From Sphaerotilus sp. (lineage in GTDB: Bacteria; Pseudomonadota; Gammaproteobacteria; Burkholderiales; Burkholderiaceae_C): a DNA stretch of 64,000 nucleotides. The notes below the pieces were generated by a model. The model made no database searches, was not told the origin of the DNA, and worked only from the letters and a program-made list of their open reading frames with translations. This document shows, piece after piece, positions 59,785 through 64,000 of this stretch; the stretch's first letter is position 1; each line of letters starts with the position of its first letter. The translations under genes were made by a program, and so were the position numbers. The stretch covers positions 5,248-69,247 of the forward strand of contig NZ_JAAFKF010000002.1 of assembly GCF_013299175.1 (NCBI RefSeq), in the 5' to 3' direction.

Positions 59785-60648
59785 ATGAACACCAACGACC
59801 TCATCGCCATCGACATCCACACCCACGCCGAGGTGTCCTGCCGCAATCCCTTCGACAGCTACGGCGAGGAGTACGACCGCGCCGCCGACAAGTACTTCGG
59901 CTCCAACCGCCGCCCGACGATTGCCGAGACCGTCGCCTATTACCGCGAGCGCAAGATCGGTTTGGTGATGTTCACGGTGGACAGCGAGGCGCAGCTCGGC
60001 CGCCGCCGCATCCCCAACGAGGAGATCTGCGACGCGGCCCGCGAGAACAGCGACATGATGGTGGCCTTCGCCTCGATCGATCCGCACAAAGGCAAGATGG
60101 GCGCCCGCGAAGCGCGGCGGCTGATCGAGGAGCACGGCGTCAAGGGCTTCAAGTTCCATCCGACCGTGCAGGGCTTCCTGCCGTATGACCGGATGGCGTG
60201 GCCGCTGTACGAGGTGATCGCCGAGTACAAGCTGCCGGCCATCTTCCACAGCGGGCATTCGGGCATCGGCTCGGGGATGCGCTGCGGCGGCGGCCTGCGG
60301 CTGCAGAACTCGAACCCGATGCTGCTGGAGGACGTGGCGATCGACTTCCCCGACATCCAGATCGTCATCGCGCACCCGAGCTGGCCGTGGCAGGACGAGG
60401 CGCTGTCGCTGGCGCTGCACAAGCCGAACGTGTGGATCGACCTGTCGGGCTGGAGTCCCAAATACTTCCCGGCGCAACTGGTCCAGTACGCCAACACGCT
60501 GCTGAAGGACCGGATGCTGTTCGGCTCCGACTACCCGCTCATCACGCCCGAACGCTGGATGAAGGACTTCGACGAGGCCGGCTTCAAGGACAAGGTCAAG
60601 CCGCTGATCCTCAAGGAAAACGCCAAGCGGCTGCTGGGCTTCGCCTGA
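59785..60648 (+). CDS. Amidohydrolase_2 family, 4-hydroxyphenyl-beta-ketoacyl-CoA hydrolase-like (CouO-like)
   Basis: DIHTHAE, GFKFHP, FHSGHSGIG, AHPSWPW, DLSGWSPKYF, FGSDYP; divergent from the fcs operon. Confidence 0.85.
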   Translation: MNTNDLIAIDIHTHAEVSCRNPFDSYGEEYDRAADKYFGSNRRPTIAETVAYYRERKIGLVMFTVDSEAQLGRRRIPNEEICDAARENSDMMVAFASIDPHKGKMGAREARRLIEEHGVKGFKFHPTVQGFLPYDRMAWPLYEVIAEYKLPAIFHSGHSGIGSGMRCGGGLRLQNSNPMLLEDVAIDFPDIQIVIAHPSWPWQDEALSLALHKPNVWIDLSGWSPKYFPAQLVQYANTLLKDRMLFGSDYPLITPERWMKDFDEAGFKDKVKPLILKENAKRLLGFA

Positions 60649-60863
60649 GCACGTCTGAGCGGGTGCGCTCCACCGCACAGCGTTCGGTGTCCCGGCCTTG
60701 CGCAGGGTGGCCGACCGGTGCGGCGGGTTGTGCCAAGGTGGACGGCCGGTGTGCGGGTTAACACTGGTCCGCGGCGTCGGTGGGCGGCCCGTTGACGACG
60801 GGGCACGGCCTTTGCAAGACTAGGCCGCTTTTTCCACCTGCCTGACCCCAACGAGGAGACTCC

Positions 60864-61169
60864 ATGCAAGTTCTGCTGCCCGTTCTGGCCGCTGCCACCC
60901 TGACCCTGTCCGCCGGCCTGTCCCAGGCGGCGGAAGGCAAGGACGTTTACAACCAGGCGTGTGCCATGTGCCATGTGCCGGGACTGGCGAATGCGCCCAA
61001 GTTCGGCGACAAGGAGGCGTGGGCGCCGCGGGTCAAGACGGGTCGGGAGGCGCTGCTGAACGCCGTGTTGAAGGGCAAGGGCGCGATGCCGGCCAAGGGC
61101 GGCAACCCCAAGCTGAGCGACGAGGATGTCGGCGCGGCGCTGGATTTCATGCTCGCTGCCGCAAAATAA
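60864..61169 (+). CDS. Cytochrome c5 family
   Basis: Signal peptide, CAMCH heme motif, APKFGD..AW, GAMPAKGG. Confidence 0.92.
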   Translation: MQVLLPVLAAATLTLSAGLSQAAEGKDVYNQACAMCHVPGLANAPKFGDKEAWAPRVKTGREALLNAVLKGKGAMPAKGGNPKLSDEDVGAALDFMLAAAK

Positions 61170-61193
61170 GGCAATCTAGGGAAATCCGTTTTA

Positions 61194-61258
61194 AATCAAG
61201 GACTTGAACGGTTAGTTCTCAACTAATCCCCAGGGTTATCCACAGCCTCTGTGGAATC
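61194..61258. promoter_or_regulatory. IHF site plus DnaA-box cluster
   Basis: AATCAAGGACTTG (IHF, 61194-61206); TAATCCCCA (61224-61232), perfect TTATCCACA (61236-61244), inverted TGTGGAATC (61250-61258). Confidence 0.55.
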
Positions 61259-61279
61259 GACCGTGGTGACATGATCAAA

Positions 61280-61305
61280 AAAACGCGACCCTCGGGTCGC
61301 GTTTT
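61280..61305. terminator. Bidirectional terminator
   Basis: AAAACGCGACCC-TC-GGGTCGCGTTTT between convergent cytochrome c5 and fpr. Confidence 0.8.
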
Positions 61306-61330
61306 GCATTTCACATGGCGGCTGCCGAAA

Positions 61331-62101
61331 TCACTGCTCGGCGAAGGCCCGCTCGATCACGAAGTCACCTGGCGTCGTGGTGTTGCCTTCGGCGAAACCA
61401 CGCTCTTCCAGCATCTTCTTCAAGTCGCGCAGCATGGCCGGGCTGCCGCAGATCATGGCGCGGTCTTCCGTCGGATTCAGCGCGGGCAGGCCGAAGTCGC
61501 TCCACATGCGGCCGTCCTCGATCAGGTCGGTGATGCGGCCCTGGCGCTCGAAGGGTTCGCGGGTCACGGTCGGGCAGTAGACCAGCTTGTCGCCGATCAC
61601 CTCACCCAGGAACTCGTGGTTCGGCAGGCCCTTGAAGAGATCCTGGTAGGCCAGTTCGTTCACTTGGCGGCAGCCGTGGACGACGATGACCTTCTCGAAA
61701 CGCTCGTAGGTCTCGGGGTCTTGAATGATCGACAGCCACGGGGCCAGCCCGGTGCCGGTGCCCAGCAGGTACAGGCGCTTGCCGGGGTTCAGGTAATCGA
61801 CCAGCAGCGTGCCGGTGGGCTTGCGACCGACGATGACCTTGTCGCCGACCTGCAGGTGCTGCAGGCGCGAGGTCAGCGGGCCGTCCGGCACTTTGATCGA
61901 GAAGAAGTGCAGGCTTTCTTCCCAGTTCGGGCTGGCGATCGAATACGCCCGCAGCAGCGGCTTGCCGTTGACGGGCAGGCCGATCATCACGAAGTGGCCG
62001 CTCGAAAACCGGAAGGCCGGGTCGCGCGTGGTGGTGAAGCTGAACAACCGGTCGGTCCAGTGGTGGACCGAGGTGACGGTTTCTTCGTTGAAGGCTTTCA
62101 T
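61331..62101 (-). CDS. fpr: Ferredoxin-NADP+ reductase
   Basis: LLRAYSIAS, KVPDGPLTSRL, TGTGLAP, MICGSPAM, VIERAF. Confidence 0.95.
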   Translation of the reverse strand: MKAFNEETVTSVHHWTDRLFSFTTTRDPAFRFSSGHFVMIGLPVNGKPLLRAYSIASPNWEESLHFFSIKVPDGPLTSRLQHLQVGDKVIVGRKPTGTLLVDYLNPGKRLYLLGTGTGLAPWLSIIQDPETYERFEKVIVVHGCRQVNELAYQDLFKGLPNHEFLGEVIGDKLVYCPTVTREPFERQGRITDLIEDGRMWSDFGLPALNPTEDRAMICGSPAMLRDLKKMLEERGFAEGNTTTPGDFVIERAFAEQ

Positions 62102-62192
62102 GGCAGTCGCAGGCAGGAGCAGAGGCAGAGGCAAATGGCCAGCGCGGAGGGATCGCGCGCGAAGGTCGAGGATACCCGATGGCGGCAGCAAG

Positions 62193-63475
<1,283 letters not shown>

Positions 63476-63479
<4 letters not shown>

Positions 63480-63649
63480 CGTGCGGGTGTCGAAGCGGAG
63501 GCGGCCACGGCCGCAGGAGGGGGAGGGGGGGTGTCCGGCGTGGGCAGCGTCAGCGGACCCTTCTGGCCGCAGGCCGACAGCAGCAGCGCGCAGGCCACGG
63601 TGGCCCGCGGCGCTAAACTCGTTTTCAGCCAGTCTTGGACTTTGAACAT
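63476..63649 (-). CDS. lptM: LptM/YifL-type small lipoprotein (below ORF-track cutoff)
   Basis: 57 aa [36 protein letters not shown]...; lipobox and CGQKGPL motif; stop overlaps lysA ATG. Confidence 0.8.
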
Positions 63650-63667
63650 CGACGGATTCTAGCGACC

Positions 63668-64000
63668 ATGCACCACACCACAGCCCCGACCCCCCCGGCC
63701 CCGACGACCCCGTCCGGCCTGACCGATGCGGAGTACACCCGCCGGGCACACGCGGCACTGGCCACGGTCGAAGCGACCACCGACCGCTGGCTCGACGACG
63801 ACGTGATCGACATCGACACCCACCGCACCGGCGGCCTGCTGGAGCTGAGCTTCCCGGGCGGCAGCAAGATCATCCTCAACACCCAGCCGCCGCTGCAGGA
63901 GGTCTGGATGGCCGCCCGTGCTGGCGGGTTCCACTACCGCTGGATGGAAGGCGCCTGGCGCGATACCCGCAGCGGGGACGAGTTCTTTGCCGCACTGTCC
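63668..64000 (+). CDS. cyaY: Frataxin-like iron donor CyaY (runs off window end)
   Basis: [40 protein letters not shown]; divergent from lptM-lysA. Confidence 0.93.
   Translation, partial: MHHTTAPTPPAPTTPSGLTDAEYTRRAHAALATVEATTDRWLDDDVIDIDTHRTGGLLELSFPGGSKIILNTQPPLQEVWMAARAGGFHYRWMEGAWRDTRSGDEFFAALS

Noticed and set aside
61224-61258. DnaA-box cluster as oriC
   Set aside because: Too few boxes, no AT-rich unwinding element, and no dnaA/rpmH/mnmG context.

Overview
GC-rich betaproteobacterial chromosome window (Burkholderiales; Sphaerotilus/Leptothrix/Rubrivivax-like, inferred from gene order and the extended RpsT N-terminus). Most of it is housekeeping: hemA-prfA-prmC-grxD-ubiX, miaB, cysM, tRNA-Leu(CAA), rpsT/murJ, hda-pcnB-folK, rpsP-rimM-trmD-rplS, rsgA/orn, fpr, lysA, cyaY. 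Accessory blocks: (1) a DUF4331-lipoprotein-TPR-HupE/UreJ operon with an ECF-type promoter (0.1-4.5 kb); (2) the strongest candidate for an undescribed system, a ~9 kb convergent locus (13.3-22.3 kb). Its + arm encodes a bactofilin, a TPR-like protein, an atypical receiver/Pro-rich protein, an MglA-like small GTPase, two roadblock-type proteins, a stand-alone Aer-type PAS domain, a signal-less solute-binding protein and a mini-FimV, behind a sigma28-like promoter. Its - arm is a sigma54/IHF-type promoter driving a GlnK-less Amt plus an unknown protein; (3) a low-GC LysR/LysE insertion (42.4-44.1 kb); (4) a GH135/spherulin-4-like lipoprotein; (5) a hydroxycinnamate-type CoA-dependent catabolic cluster (49-60.6 kb). 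Also seen: a 127-bp out-of-frame duplication (possibly an assembly artefact), an IHF + DnaA-box cluster between convergent genes, and several probable leaderless genes. No CRISPR array, transposase or integrase was recognised. All family assignments come from motif recognition by eye; no database searches were run.
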